Shown here one piece after another: positions 63,901-64,000 of a stretch of 64,000 nucleotides of DNA. This stretch comes from Paragordius varius (Eukaryota > Animalia > Nematomorpha): positions 5,952,001 through 6,016,000 of the forward strand of contig OZ176053.1 in the NCBI GenBank assembly GCA_964247055.1, read 5' to 3'. The stretch's first letter is position 1, and every line of letters starts with the position of its first letter. Position numbers and translations under genes: made by a program. Under the pieces are notes generated by a model. That model ran no database searches. It saw only the letters and a list, made by a program, of their open reading frames with translations, and was not told the origin of the DNA.

Positions 63901-64000
63901 AACAAATTTTGCTTTGGAACACAATTCCTAAGGTGAGGGCACCATCATCATTGTCAATATATTTTTATTGTTTTACAATTAAGCCGAAAGTGATTGATCC

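Noticed and set aside
1-64000. tRNA, rRNA, snRNA or other structured RNA genes
   Set aside because: No cloverleaf, A/B-box or rRNA/snRNA signature was recognised by eye; tRNAscan-SE and Infernal would be needed to exclude them formally.

Overview
AT-rich eukaryotic genomic DNA that looks like an invertebrate animal; the organism cannot be identified from sequence alone. I assembled five conserved spliced genes by hand from GT-AG junctions and reading phase: the 3' end of crooked neck/CRNKL1 (+), sds22/PPP1R7 (-), a secreted M14A carboxypeptidase A-like gene (+, 11 exons), a FERM + CUPID/DUF3338 FRMD4-like gene (-, about 15 exons), and a much enlarged neuropathy target esterase/swiss cheese PNPLA6/7 gene (-, 40 exons, about 2,140 aa). 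Introns and intergenic DNA are dense in non-autonomous transposons: two decayed RTE-clade LINEs, a Helitron family, two CACTA/Chapaev-like elements with 3-bp TSDs, piggyBac-like TTAA MITEs, and hAT and TA-target MITEs. No rRNA, tRNA or CRISPR feature was recognised. The most unusual signal is that the first three introns of the NTE gene appear to be only 23, 25 and 26 nt long, while every other intron modelled in the window is at least 61 nt. Other notable items are a twin-priming-type 5' inversion in an RTE LINE, a chimeric RTE insertion with a fold-back junction, a complete 150-bp mini-Helitron fused to a tandem array of Helitron 5' ends, and a carboxypeptidase gene bracketed by inverted CACTA-like copies. 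All gene models and family assignments come from manual reading and remembered family motifs, not database searches.
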